64,000 nucleotides of DNA from a virus. Lineage: Duplodnaviria > Heunggongvirae > Uroviricota > Caudoviricetes. Shown piece by piece: positions 45,603 through 55,825 of the stretch (positions within the stretch are counted from its first letter, which is position 1; every line of letters starts with the position of its first letter). The notes below the pieces were generated by a model. That model was given only the letters and a program-made list of their open reading frames with translations. It had not been told where the DNA came from and searched no databases. Both the position numbers and the translations under genes were made by a program. Location: IMG/VR virus record IMGVR_UViG_3300033153_006784, positions 10,375 through 74,374 of that record; one strand, given 5' to 3'.

Positions 45603-45768
45603 GACGGGTTAGCCAAGTCTGGCCGTAAGGCGTTACACTGCTAAGCAGGACGAAACTCGAAAGCAGGGCGATACTTGAATCAGAACGAAACTGGAACGGT
45701 CTGCACAGAAATGTAATCACTCCGTAACCAATCGGAGTGCAGGGGTTCAAATCCCCTACCCGTCGCCA
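45603..45768 (+). tRNA. tRNA-Ser (GCT), type II, with an intron of about 67 nt, CCA encoded
   Basis: Acceptor gacgggt/acccgtc (perfect), anticodon stem ttaca/tgtaa with loop ctGCTa(a). Insert about 45644-45710. Long variable arm cactccg-taaccaat-cggagtg, T-arm agggg-ttcaaat-cccct, CCA. Confidence 0.65.
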
Positions 45769-45786
45769 ATCAAAGAGGTATGATGT

Positions 45787-45996
45787 ATGGGAACTACTGG
45801 ATTTAGAATTGAATATTGGAAACGTGAACAGAAAAAAGGAGAATCACATAGTACGTTGAGACTTGTTAAATATCAACATTCAAGCTCTGCAATAGATATA
45901 GGAACGTATGCTAAAAACAAGATGAAAGAGATGGATGCTAGAGATCAAATTATAATTAAAAAAGGAAAATTAGTAATTAATTTCGAGGAAAAGTAA
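45787..45996 (+). CDS. Hypothetical small protein
   Basis: ORF only. Confidence 0.3.
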   Translation: MGTTGFRIEYWKREQKKGESHSTLRLVKYQHSSSAIDIGTYAKNKMKEMDARDQIIIKKGKLVINFEEK

Positions 45997-46827
45997 ATGG
46001 AAACATTCACAGTTATGATTGGAGATAGATCATGTTACAACAAGTGTATGGTCTGTATATCTAATATGACACCCGAAGTAGGTATTACGAGAGAATTCAA
46101 TTATTCAAAATTTATAGACGCTGTACGTATAGCCAAACGTAGAGGATGTAAAAATGTACTTATTACTGGTAAGGGAGAACCTTTATTATTCCCCAATACT
46201 CTTAGTCGGATTACTGAAAGATTACATGATGAAAGATCATTTGATCGTATAGAATTACAGACATCAGGATTCCCGTTCAATATTGATGAATTTGAAGAAT
46301 ATGCTACACACGGATTAGATTTAGTTTCACTTAGCATTTATCATTTCAACCATAAAAACAGAGATATTTATAGAAACAATATCCGTGATGTTGCCGAGAT
46401 GATAAAAGACCTTAGAGATATTGGATTAGAAGTTCGACTGTCTTGTAACATGGCTATGGGTTATATTGATGATCCTGTTGATGTTTCAAGATTGATAGAT
46501 TTTTGTAAGGTCAACGATGTCATGCAACTCACTCTTAGAGAATTAGGAGCACCCAATAACATAGTTGATACGAAACTTGCCAGAAAGACTAAAGGTTATG
46601 TAGATACATTTAGAGTTAGAAAAATTAATAAAATTTATGAATATCTCAACGATGAGGGACATCTTTGTTATACGATGCCACACGGAGCATTGGTTTATGA
46701 AGTTGATGGACAGAATATTTCAATAACAACATGTCTCGACACTGAGCCTAATAGACACTTGATCTATTTACCTAGCGGAATTCTCACGACAAGTTGGGAA
46801 TATGTAGCAGGAAATAGGATTCTTTAG
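45997..46827 (+). CDS. Radical SAM protein (second copy, different family)
   Basis: CX3CX2C cluster DRSCYNKCMVCIS and VLITGKGEPLLF. Confidence 0.55.
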   Translation: METFTVMIGDRSCYNKCMVCISNMTPEVGITREFNYSKFIDAVRIAKRRGCKNVLITGKGEPLLFPNTLSRITERLHDERSFDRIELQTSGFPFNIDEFEEYATHGLDLVSLSIYHFNHKNRDIYRNNIRDVAEMIKDLRDIGLEVRLSCNMAMGYIDDPVDVSRLIDFCKVNDVMQLTLRELGAPNNIVDTKLARKTKGYVDTFRVRKINKIYEYLNDEGHLCYTMPHGALVYEVDGQNISITTCLDTEPNRHLIYLPSGILTTSWEYVAGNRIL

Positions 46828-46893
46828 TTATTTTTTTATATAAATTAGCTATCATAACATTTATATACTACATATATATATGTATATGTTGCT

Positions 46894-47547
46894 ATGAGTT
46901 GGATAACTGGAGCAAAAAGAACATACCTGCCAAGCCTTCAAATACAAGGTGACGCATTTGCTGTTGTTGAGTTTTTAGAAGAACCAGTACCTCAAAATTT
47001 CGGAACTAAAAAAGTTACCAGAGATAAGATTGAGATAGAAGTCCCAGACATTAGAGTTAGGGCTAAGGTTCGATATTTAAGCGGAACATGCAGAAGCAAG
47101 CAAAGTAAGCAAGATTCACTACCTGCGAAAGCTGGAAATGAATACACGCTTTGGATAGGATCTGTTCTTTCTGGAAAAATTTTAGATGCACTAAATTGGA
47201 ATGATTCAAATAGTGCACCTGAATTAATAGGAACACAATGGAGAGTTTGGAGAGGAGCAGTAGGATCTTTCGGAAGAAGAGTCTACGAAACTGAAATAGT
47301 CTCTGTTGAAGGATATGAACCACCTGCACCACCTACACCGGAGGATCAGGATGCACTTCTAATAGATTCGTTGAAAAAAGCAATCATAAGATTAGCAGAT
47401 ATTGACACGGTTACTTGGTACAATTTCTGTAAGGAAAAAGGAGCCAAAGATGAAGCCGATGCAATCAGAATTACTAAGCTAATGGAAGAGCAAGGAATCG
47501 TAAGAATCGAAGCAACACAAATATTCTATATAGAACCACCACAGTAG
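46894..47547 (+). CDS. Hypothetical protein
   Basis: ORF only. Confidence 0.3.
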   Translation: MSWITGAKRTYLPSLQIQGDAFAVVEFLEEPVPQNFGTKKVTRDKIEIEVPDIRVRAKVRYLSGTCRSKQSKQDSLPAKAGNEYTLWIGSVLSGKILDALNWNDSNSAPELIGTQWRVWRGAVGSFGRRVYETEIVSVEGYEPPAPPTPEDQDALLIDSLKKAIIRLADIDTVTWYNFCKEKGAKDEADAIRITKLMEEQGIVRIEATQIFYIEPPQ

Positions 47548-47556
47548 AACACAACC

Positions 47557-48291
47557 ATGTCAGCTAAAAATTGGAGCAACCCGAACGCCAAAGGCATTCT
47601 AATAGGTTTACACCTATTACCTACGCCTATTGTTGAACACATGAGAAGAACAATTGGTGGAAGACCAGCAATTGAAAATGTGTATCACGTTACAGAACTT
47701 CTTTACTGTTTGCGAAAAGCATACAATAGAAGAATATACAGTAATGGTGATGGATTTGACAATAGCAGTTTGTGGAACATATATAGAGGAACTACATTTG
47801 ATTATAAGTTTTCACCTCTATTTGACATTAATCAAAAGACATATCACATAACAAAAGAACATTTAACTATTACAGGTACGTTGGACTTTGTATGGATAGA
47901 TGAAAAGAACTTCGATCCGATATTATATGACTTGAAAATGCCGAAGAATACTTTCTACAAGAAAAGTTCTGGAGCAGGAAAGTTCTATACTGAACAAGTA
48001 CAAACATACCTAGCAATGGCACACGCTAATAACGAATTAATGCATGTACATAGAGCAAGAGTATTAATGTTAGCAGATGATCTTGTAATACAAGAAGTAC
48101 AAGAGAATGATGAAATATTAAACTATCTATGGGAAAGAGCATTCATATTAGATGATGCAGTAAAGACACATAAAACTGATCCACTGGAACCATTAACAAT
48201 AGTGGGCCCAGAAGAAGAGTGGGAATGTCGAGAACCGTTCTGTCCCGGAGATTTGCTATATCGATTAGAATGTAAAAAATATCCTAAATAA
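47557..48291 (+). CDS. Cas4-like / RecB-family PD-(D/E)xK nuclease with Fe-S Cys cluster
   Basis: One N-terminal Cys (LLYCLRKAY), DFVWIDEKN...LYDLKM (the D..E.K core), QxxxY motif TEQVQTYLAMA and a C-terminal CREPFCPGD...C cluster. Confidence 0.65.
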   Translation: MSAKNWSNPNAKGILIGLHLLPTPIVEHMRRTIGGRPAIENVYHVTELLYCLRKAYNRRIYSNGDGFDNSSLWNIYRGTTFDYKFSPLFDINQKTYHITKEHLTITGTLDFVWIDEKNFDPILYDLKMPKNTFYKKSSGAGKFYTEQVQTYLAMAHANNELMHVHRARVLMLADDLVIQEVQENDEILNYLWERAFILDDAVKTHKTDPLEPLTIVGPEEEWECREPFCPGDLLYRLECKKYPK

Positions 48292-48355
48292 CCCTTTTTT
48301 TATTATAATTACCGAAATACTTTTATATCAGGACTTCCTATAAGTTATTAATAAT

Positions 48356-49525
48356 ATGAAGATTATGCTAATGTCGGATTCTTGGCACACCATTTCTGGT
48401 TTTGGTACTGCCTCACGAAATCTTGCTACATACTTGCATAACGTAGGTCATGATGTTTATTATTTAGGATGGCAAACGTTTGGGCAAAAACAGATAGCAA
48501 CATTTCACGATAAAATTCTTGGATTTAAAGGTTTACCCAACGTTGGAGGTAAACAATTTGGACAGGATGCTTGGAAATACTGGCTTCCTAAGATAGAACC
48601 AGACGTTTTCTTATGTCTTTCAGATTTCTGGATGCTTTTAGAACTCTTTAAACAAAATGAGATTCCTTATCCTTGGCTTATGTGGTATCCTATAGATGGA
48701 TTCCCTGTAACAGACCAAATGCAAGCTATGTTAAAGAAACTTGACTATAGAGTTTGTATCTCTGAATATGGAGGTAAATTAGTTAAAGACATGGGAATTT
48801 CTACAGGAGTAGTACCTCACGGATGTAACACTGATGTGTTTAAACCTTACCACAAAACTGTAATTAAAAGTATGAAGAGAAGATTAGGTATTCCTGAAAA
48901 TAAGTTTGTGATTGGTCGTGTTGACAGAAATCAAAGCAGAAAAAAGGTTCCGAGACTAATCAGAGCCTTTATAAAGTTCCGTAAAGATTACCCAGACAGT
49001 GTTTTATATTTACACATGGATAAGAGAGATACCCAAGGGTGGGATCTTGAGTACATTGTGAAAAGAATGGGACTGATAGAGGGTAAAGATGTATTCTTCC
49101 CACCATCGGACATGATGGCTAACTTTATGTATGGAGTTCCTGAAGAGGAATTAGCACATATAATGAATGTTATCGACATACACGGTTGGACAACAGGTGG
49201 AGAAGGATTCGGACTTACGGGACTAGAAACAATGGCTTGTGGTACTGTCAACGTAGCTACAGATTACACAACTCCTCAAGAAATTTTTGGAGATTGGACA
49301 TGTGGACTACCAATTAAGGTTGAAACATTTGAAATCGGAAATGCTGGAGTAGATAGAGCACTTGTAGATATCGATGATTGCTACGGCAAGATGAAATATC
49401 TAAGAGAGAATCTAGATGAAATGAAAGCACTCAGCGATGCAGGAGTCAAGCGGGCGAGAGATGTCTATGATTGGCAAATAATCTCCAAAGGATTCGATCA
49501 CTGGATGAGGGATAATATAGTATGA
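48356..49525 (+). CDS. Glycosyltransferase (GT1/GT4-like)
   Basis: C-terminal EGFGLTGLETMACGTV (the EX7E-type donor-binding block). Confidence 0.75.
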   Translation: MKIMLMSDSWHTISGFGTASRNLATYLHNVGHDVYYLGWQTFGQKQIATFHDKILGFKGLPNVGGKQFGQDAWKYWLPKIEPDVFLCLSDFWMLLELFKQNEIPYPWLMWYPIDGFPVTDQMQAMLKKLDYRVCISEYGGKLVKDMGISTGVVPHGCNTDVFKPYHKTVIKSMKRRLGIPENKFVIGRVDRNQSRKKVPRLIRAFIKFRKDYPDSVLYLHMDKRDTQGWDLEYIVKRMGLIEGKDVFFPPSDMMANFMYGVPEEELAHIMNVIDIHGWTTGGEGFGLTGLETMACGTVNVATDYTTPQEIFGDWTCGLPIKVETFEIGNAGVDRALVDIDDCYGKMKYLRENLDEMKALSDAGVKRARDVYDWQIISKGFDHWMRDNIV

Positions 49526-49758
49526 TAGACTATATACCTGTACGGTCAGACCACTTTGCGGAAATGGCAGCACTGTTAATTACCAAAAGAGACAGGGATG
49601 TGTTAAACGCTTTCATAGAACTATTACCAGAAAACGTAAAACTAAACAACACTCATTTTAATAACATAAGAATGGCTTCACAACTATCTCCGGGAAATAC
49701 ACTAAAACATCTTGATGAACTTATTGAAGTCTTAAAAGAAGAGGATAGATGGGAATGA
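49522..49758 (+). CDS. Hypothetical small protein
   Basis: ORF only. Confidence 0.3.
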   Translation: MIDYIPVRSDHFAEMAALLITKRDRDVLNAFIELLPENVKLNNTHFNNIRMASQLSPGNTLKHLDELIEVLKEEDRWE

Positions 49759-50957
49759 AAATATTAGTTCAAAATCCATACATGAAAGCTGGTGGTGCAG
49801 AATCCAGAATCAGAACATTACTACAATCTCTAGTTCGTAGACCAGATATAGATCAAGTACACTTTATGTTCAAAGGAGATCAACCCATACATCAAGTAGA
49901 AGCTGATGGAAAGTTTCATTACTGGCAAATTCGACCAAAGACAACTAAAGAAATGACCAAGAAAGTAATCAAAGACTTTGACATCGATATTGTACAGCTA
50001 CATAACAATCAATTTATAGGCACTGGCGGAATTGAATATGCTCAGAAACTAGGAATCCCTACTGTATGGATAATGCACGATTTTTGGCCCTTATGCTCTC
50101 AAAGATTCATGACTAAAGTTTGGGCTGCTGACAGTTCAGAACTATGTTATGACTTAAATATGTCTAAATGTCAAAAATGTGTAGGTAATTATCAAACACT
50201 TTTAACCAAAAGACAGAGGGATATCATCAATAAATGTGATGTAGGTATAGTTCCATCGGAAAATATTAAGAGCATATTTGAAAGAAACGATGTCTTAAAA
50301 GGAAAATTGAAGATAATCAAGCCTTGGATAGACTTGGGAATCTTCGCTCCTGATCCAAGTATAAATAGAAAACCATTTCAAATCTTATTTGCAAGCGGAA
50401 ACTATATTCCTCACAAGGGAATCAATGTTTTACTAAAGGCTTGGGAATATGTTCAAAGAAGATTACCACAAGCAAATCTCATAGCAATCGGAGATCAAAG
50501 ATGTGCAAATGAAACCATATCTAAAGCAAAACAATTACAATTACAAAATGTAAACTTCTTGAATAGGGTAGAACAATCACAGCTTAAAAGATTTTATAAT
50601 GAATCTGCACTAACAATATTCCCTTCAATATGGGAAGAAACCATAGGGTTAGTTTGGATAGAATCTTTAGCTTGTGGAACACCAGTTATATGTTCAGATA
50701 CAGGTAGCATGAAAGAATTGCTATTGTTCGGTGGCGAAATGTTTGAACCTAGAAACCACGTAGCATTAGCAGAAAAAATAGTAGATTTATTATTGTCTCC
50801 GAGCAAAAGAAACATCTACGCACAGCAAGGTCACAAATATGTAACTACAAGTTTTCAACCAACTAGAGCAGCCAATGACTTTGCACATCTTTATTATAAA
50901 TTAGAGGTAGAAAAAATTGACAAAGATAACAAAAGCGGAATTAAAAAAGAAAATTGA
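49749..50957 (+). CDS. Glycosyltransferase family 4
   Basis: EETIGLVWIESLACGTPVICSDTGS. Confidence 0.8.
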   Translation: MGMKILVQNPYMKAGGAESRIRTLLQSLVRRPDIDQVHFMFKGDQPIHQVEADGKFHYWQIRPKTTKEMTKKVIKDFDIDIVQLHNNQFIGTGGIEYAQKLGIPTVWIMHDFWPLCSQRFMTKVWAADSSELCYDLNMSKCQKCVGNYQTLLTKRQRDIINKCDVGIVPSENIKSIFERNDVLKGKLKIIKPWIDLGIFAPDPSINRKPFQILFASGNYIPHKGINVLLKAWEYVQRRLPQANLIAIGDQRCANETISKAKQLQLQNVNFLNRVEQSQLKRFYNESALTIFPSIWEETIGLVWIESLACGTPVICSDTGSMKELLLFGGEMFEPRNHVALAEKIVDLLLSPSKRNIYAQQGHKYVTTSFQPTRAANDFAHLYYKLEVEKIDKDNKSGIKKEN

Positions 50958-51207
50958 GGGAGTAATGGAAATTGCTCCTTATATCAATACATCCAATATG
51001 CATAGAGCATTATTGGAAAAATATCAATACGTGGATATTGAAGAAATAATGGATGAAATAGATAAAGAGAAATTAGCTTCTCTTATGAAAGCACCTGCGA
51101 CTATCATGGTCAAAGGTAACAAATCCCTTGAAGAAGTGGTAAAAAATGCCGAGAGGAAGAAAAAGAAAAAGCTCGAAGAAGAACGAGAAAAAGAAAAAGA
51201 TAAATGA
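50917..51207 (+). CDS. Lys/Glu-rich small protein
   Basis: ORF with a low-complexity KKKKKLEEEREKEKDK tail. Confidence 0.3.
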   Translation: MTKITKAELKKKIEGVMEIAPYINTSNMHRALLEKYQYVDIEEIMDEIDKEKLASLMKAPATIMVKGNKSLEEVVKNAERKKKKKLEEEREKEKDK

Positions 51208-51583
51208 GCGTGTGCCAGAAGCAGAAATGCCCAAGACACAAGCACTCTTCTCAGAAGAGCAGTATGGACTTAGCTTAATGGAAAGTTTCATGAAATCTGA
51301 TATGGATATGATAGCCATAGCTTATAGAGTTCCAACTGGAGATATGGGAAGAGAAGATGTCACAAGAAGGTATCGTAGTCAAATGATTTCGGCACTACAA
51401 ACATTAGGTAAGAGGAGAGGATTAGTAATATCAGTTCAACACATTCATTTTAGAGCTTTACCTATTGGAGAAGATACCATTATAAAAGCATTTGCGGTAA
51501 ATAAAAATATAAATAAAGCAAGAGATAATAAACCGCTTGAGAAAAAAGAAAAAGATGTATTTGATTGGAAAGTGAACGTATGA
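51146..51583 (+). CDS. Hypothetical protein with basic N-terminus
   Basis: ORF only. Confidence 0.3.
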   Translation: MPRGRKRKSSKKNEKKKKINERVPEAEMPKTQALFSEEQYGLSLMESFMKSDMDMIAIAYRVPTGDMGREDVTRRYRSQMISALQTLGKRRGLVISVQHIHFRALPIGEDTIIKAFAVNKNINKARDNKPLEKKEKDVFDWKVNV

Positions 51584-52659
51584 AAATATTAGCAATAGGA
51601 CATAGTATAGCCCACTATCGACAAAGAAAGATGTGGGAAACGATAGCAGAACAGGGACACAAAGTTGATACTGTTGTTGTTCCTAGATACCAGAACGAGG
51701 TATATGAGGAAATTGTTAAAGGCTCTTTCCATCAACACCTAGTTCCGGCATATAACTCAGACAATAATAATTTTTGGTATTTCCCTGCTTTACATGATTT
51801 AGTCATGAAGCTGAAACCAGAAATTATTTTCTGTATGCAGGAACCTTGGACTTATGCGGCATATCATGCTATGAATGTAGCAAAGATATTCGATATTCCT
51901 TATGGGTTCTTTACTTGGGAAAATATTCCTAAACCTTGGCCCCAACCTTGGAGGAACATTGAAAGTGAAGTCATTAAAAATAGTGACATAGCTGTAGGTG
52001 GAAACAAAGATGCATGTGAAATTCTTGTACTGAAAGGTGCAAAGCATGTAGCAAAAGTATTACAATCAGGGTTAGATCCAAATCTATTCTTCCCTGAACC
52101 AGAGTTACAGTTTGAGGAAAAACTAAGACCTAAAAGAATACTGTTTGTAGGTAGATTAACTGCCGCTAAAGGTATAGATATAATTCTAAAATCATTTGAC
52201 AAATTACCAAAAGATGAGTACATACTCAGATTTGTTGGTGGTCGAGGAGAACAAGAAGGACTTATTAGAAAGCACCCAGAATTCGGTAAAAGAATAACAC
52301 TAGAACCTTGGACACAATATGAAAGATTACCAGCAATTTACAATTGGGCAGATGTATCACTTATGACTTCCGTTGATCAACCAATGTGGATTGAACAATG
52401 TGGATATGTCGTAGGAGAATCATTGTTATGTCACGTACCTGTAATCACATCATTTAGTAAGAGTATTCTTGAACTTTGGAAGATGCCGGGAGTATTCTTT
52501 ACACCACAGGGAGACGTAGACTTATTAGCAGATACACTAACACACGAAGAACTATTTAACAAAGAACTGCCGAAAAAAGGTAGACAAGCAGTAATAGACA
52601 ACTACTCAGTAGAAAAGATAGCACAAACATATATAGATATATTCGAGGCAACAATATGA
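51565..52659 (+). CDS. Glycosyltransferase (GT4-like)
   Basis: GESLLCHVPVITS and RLTAAKGIDIIL blocks. Confidence 0.55.
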   Translation: MESERMKILAIGHSIAHYRQRKMWETIAEQGHKVDTVVVPRYQNEVYEEIVKGSFHQHLVPAYNSDNNNFWYFPALHDLVMKLKPEIIFCMQEPWTYAAYHAMNVAKIFDIPYGFFTWENIPKPWPQPWRNIESEVIKNSDIAVGGNKDACEILVLKGAKHVAKVLQSGLDPNLFFPEPELQFEEKLRPKRILFVGRLTAAKGIDIILKSFDKLPKDEYILRFVGGRGEQEGLIRKHPEFGKRITLEPWTQYERLPAIYNWADVSLMTSVDQPMWIEQCGYVVGESLLCHVPVITSFSKSILELWKMPGVFFTPQGDVDLLADTLTHEELFNKELPKKGRQAVIDNYSVEKIAQTYIDIFEATI

Positions 52660-52997
52660 GTATGGATAAAGTGGAAGACACAAAAGTATCATACATGTAC
52701 TCTGCTAGAAACCCGATTGAAATAGTCGAAGACGGAGAGACAAAACTTATTTATGATGTTAAAACTAAAGATTTTACTATAACAAAAGAATTAAAGTTTA
52801 AAATACTACACGCAATTGGAAAAGCACATGGAGAACTAATGGAGATTCCATTTATTATTTTGATTCCTCAAAAACTTGTGAAACATGGATTGTCTAAATA
52901 TGTCAAATCATTTTTAAAATTTAGAGGACACAAATTATACATAGTTCCAACAATTAAAGATATCATAGTTTATGAAGATGGGTGGTTATTTAAATGA
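52656..52997 (+). CDS. Hypothetical protein
   Basis: ORF only. Confidence 0.3.
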   Translation: MSMDKVEDTKVSYMYSARNPIEIVEDGETKLIYDVKTKDFTITKELKFKILHAIGKAHGELMEIPFIILIPQKLVKHGLSKYVKSFLKFRGHKLYIVPTIKDIIVYEDGWLFK

Positions 52998-53148
52998 GTG
53001 AAGAATTTAAGAGTATAGTCGTAAAAGATGGTTTAGAATATTGTCCTCATTGTGAAAAGCATATTGGTTATACTATTGATTGGATTGAACGAAATACTGT
53101 CGGTGTAAAACCTAAGAAAATTCTAAAATTTAAAATGGTGAGAATAGA

Positions 53149-54120
53149 ATGAGTGAAGAAAAACCAATATTAACAGTATGCCCAGAGGCATATCCCGGAA
53201 CAACATCTGTACTTAAACACTACAGTGTATCAAATTTAGTAGAACACAGTGATGAAATATCACCACAAACAGTAGAGGGAAAGAAGCTAGTCATACTTGG
53301 TGGATGGCATCCTATCTATTACGAAGCTGTTAAGAAAATTCATGCTGCCAACGTACCGATAGGAATGTTCTGGACAAGTTCAGTAGGACAGAATGACTTT
53401 TCAAACAATGGAATAGAAATATCATTTATACACATAATCACAGATATGCTCAACTCAGGAATGGTTGATAAATTATTTGTAGCTACACCATCAGTTAAAA
53501 GTATGTATGATCAAATAGTTGATCCTGAGAAGGTTATACTTTTACCATACGCTTTTGATTGGGATGACGTTCAAAAGAGCCTTAAACCAGACGTTCCAGT
53601 AGGGGATGATTGGGTAGATTTATTCTGTCCGGGAGACACTAGAAAGAATATTCTAGTTCAGACACTTGGAACGAAATTAGCAGGTGGTCACTTACATTAC
53701 AGTGGATTAAAACCAAGATATAAATGGTTCGCAGATTTAATTAAATCTAAATACACAGACATGGGATGGATGGGAAAACCCGATCCATATTACACAGCAG
53801 TTCAAACTATGAAGTTAGGTTTACAGGTAACTTACGCTGAAACATTTGACTACGTAGTAGCAGAACACTTTGCATTGAAAAGACCTTGCTTAATTTCGAC
53901 AGTAATGACACAATGGGTAGACAACAAAAGACTTCTAAAGGATATCCTAGTTCATAATCTTGACGAACCGCTAGAAGTAGCAGAAAAAATCGAACATGTG
54001 TTAAATATGAGCAATAAAAGATGGAAAAACTTAAATAATAGATGCCACTCTTTTATGAAAGATGAAGCTAAAAAGAGAAATGATATCGCTACTGAAGTGC
54101 TCAGAGGAGAAGTAGAATGA
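53149..54120 (+). CDS. Hypothetical protein (within the glycosylation island)
   Basis: ORF only. Confidence 0.3.
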   Translation: MSEEKPILTVCPEAYPGTTSVLKHYSVSNLVEHSDEISPQTVEGKKLVILGGWHPIYYEAVKKIHAANVPIGMFWTSSVGQNDFSNNGIEISFIHIITDMLNSGMVDKLFVATPSVKSMYDQIVDPEKVILLPYAFDWDDVQKSLKPDVPVGDDWVDLFCPGDTRKNILVQTLGTKLAGGHLHYSGLKPRYKWFADLIKSKYTDMGWMGKPDPYYTAVQTMKLGLQVTYAETFDYVVAEHFALKRPCLISTVMTQWVDNKRLLKDILVHNLDEPLEVAEKIEHVLNMSNKRWKNLNNRCHSFMKDEAKKRNDIATEVLRGEVE

Positions 54121-55133
54121 ATATATTAATTACCGGAGGAGCCGGATTTATCGGATTTGCATCTGCCGTTGAGTTGATAAACAAAGGGCATGATGTTACT
54201 ATTTTAGACAAAGTTGTTGGCGGTAGAAATGAACTTAATTGGAACATGGCTAAACAAATGGGTATTCCTAGAATTCATGCTAACATCAATGACTTGAATA
54301 TTTTACCAGAATTAATCAATATTGGTAAAGATTTTGATGCAATTTTACACTGTGCCGCACAAACAGCAGTTACACATTCATTGGAAGATCCTAGAGCAGA
54401 CTTTATAGACAATGCTAGAGGAACATTCGAAGTGTGTGAGTATGCTAGAAAGAACGATTTGGCAATACTGTACACCAGTACAAATAAAGTATATGGTGAA
54501 AATCCAAACAAAGTACAACTTGTTGAACAAGATACCAGATATGAATATGGCAATCCAAAATTTTGCATCGATGAAACATTCTTAATTGATCTGACAGGAC
54601 ATACACCGTACGGTACATCAAAACTTACAGCCGACCTCTATGTTCAAGATTATAGATACACCTATGGATTACGAACACTCGTATTTAGACAGAGTTGTAT
54701 CTATGGAACTAGCCAACAAGGTACTGAAGATCAAGGATGGGTATCTCACATGGTTAAAAGTTGGGTAAATAGAAAACCAATAAAAGTTTTCGGAAATGGT
54801 AAACAGGTAAGAGACATGCTCCACGTAGATGATTTAACTGATTTAATAATTAAAGGTTTAGAATCTGATAGGTCAGGAGTCTTTAATGTTGGTGGAAGTC
54901 TACTAAATACAATATCAATATTAGAATTATTTGAACTTCTTAATAAACTAGCTCCGAGAGAGGATGCGTATTCGTTCTTCCCTTGGAGAGAAGGAGATCA
55001 GAAAGTCTTTATATGCAACATTAGAAAAGTAATCAAACAATTCGATTGGATACCAAAAATATCTCCCGTAGAAGGAATTACACACATGGTCAGATATGAA
55101 GAAATGTTACAAAATGCTGTTAAAGTTAGGTGA
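54117..55133 (+). CDS. NAD-dependent sugar epimerase/dehydratase (SDR family)
   Basis: TGGAGFIGFA Rossmann motif and catalytic YGTSKLTADLY (YxxxK). Confidence 0.85.
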   Translation: MNILITGGAGFIGFASAVELINKGHDVTILDKVVGGRNELNWNMAKQMGIPRIHANINDLNILPELINIGKDFDAILHCAAQTAVTHSLEDPRADFIDNARGTFEVCEYARKNDLAILYTSTNKVYGENPNKVQLVEQDTRYEYGNPKFCIDETFLIDLTGHTPYGTSKLTADLYVQDYRYTYGLRTLVFRQSCIYGTSQQGTEDQGWVSHMVKSWVNRKPIKVFGNGKQVRDMLHVDDLTDLIIKGLESDRSGVFNVGGSLLNTISILELFELLNKLAPREDAYSFFPWREGDQKVFICNIRKVIKQFDWIPKISPVEGITHMVRYEEMLQNAVKVR

Positions 55134-55825
55134 ATAAAATGGAAATACCGTATGAAGAAATAATGAAATATTACCACACTGGAAAACTACCTCCAGTGCA
55201 GACACTACCCGTATTCAGAAGAGAATACGATGATATAGAACAAGTTGTAGGTAAAGGATACAAAGTCTTAGACTTTGGATGTGGAAGAGGATTAGTTTAC
55301 ACCAAATTCTTGCAAGCACTTCCCTATGATATCGAATACGTTGGTATAGATATTGATCCAAGTTTGAAAGGCAAAGTACCTTTCCCACTCTATGAATCTC
55401 TAGAAGAATTTGAAGACACATATTCACCACGACACTTTGATGGACTATTTTTACTAGATGTCTTGGAACATTTATCTTTAAAAGAAGGTTACGATACACT
55501 GGCAAGATTAAACAAATATATCGATGGCGATATTGTATTAATGACACCCAACGCAAGTTGTTTAGATTACATATACAACGATCCACAACATGTAACAATA
55601 TATCCTTCACATTGGATTTATGGATTACTTAAACATTTAGGTTTCGATAAAATAATAATGAAAAGAGGTAAAGGGCTACATGCACGAAGAGAACAATTAG
55701 CTAGGGAAAACCCTAATCAAGCAGAACAATACAAAGTTATGAATGAAAGTCAACGACAGATATGTGCTTCTATGGGACTAGATTGGTATGGAAATCTGCT
55801 AGCTATAGGTAAGCGTGATGAATAA
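55130..55825 (+). CDS. Class I SAM-dependent methyltransferase
   Basis: VLDFGCGRGLV motif I. Confidence 0.75.
   Translation: MNKMEIPYEEIMKYYHTGKLPPVQTLPVFRREYDDIEQVVGKGYKVLDFGCGRGLVYTKFLQALPYDIEYVGIDIDPSLKGKVPFPLYESLEEFEDTYSPRHFDGLFLLDVLEHLSLKEGYDTLARLNKYIDGDIVLMTPNASCLDYIYNDPQHVTIYPSHWIYGLLKHLGFDKIIMKRGKGLHARREQLARENPNQAEQYKVMNESQRQICASMGLDWYGNLLAIGKRDE

Noticed and set aside
45423-45644. 73-aa ORF from the ORF track
   Set aside because: It runs into the tRNA-Ser gene and is hydrophobic and low-complexity. The overlapping frame starting at 45414 encodes a much more protein-like Cys-rich zinc ribbon.
51120-51240. Poly-A/G-rich stretch (aagaaaaagaaaaag...) as a possible nucleic-acid repeat or slippery site
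   Set aside because: It simply encodes the Lys/Glu-rich tail of 50917-51207 and the basic N-terminus of 51146-51583, with no tandem structure beyond codon bias.
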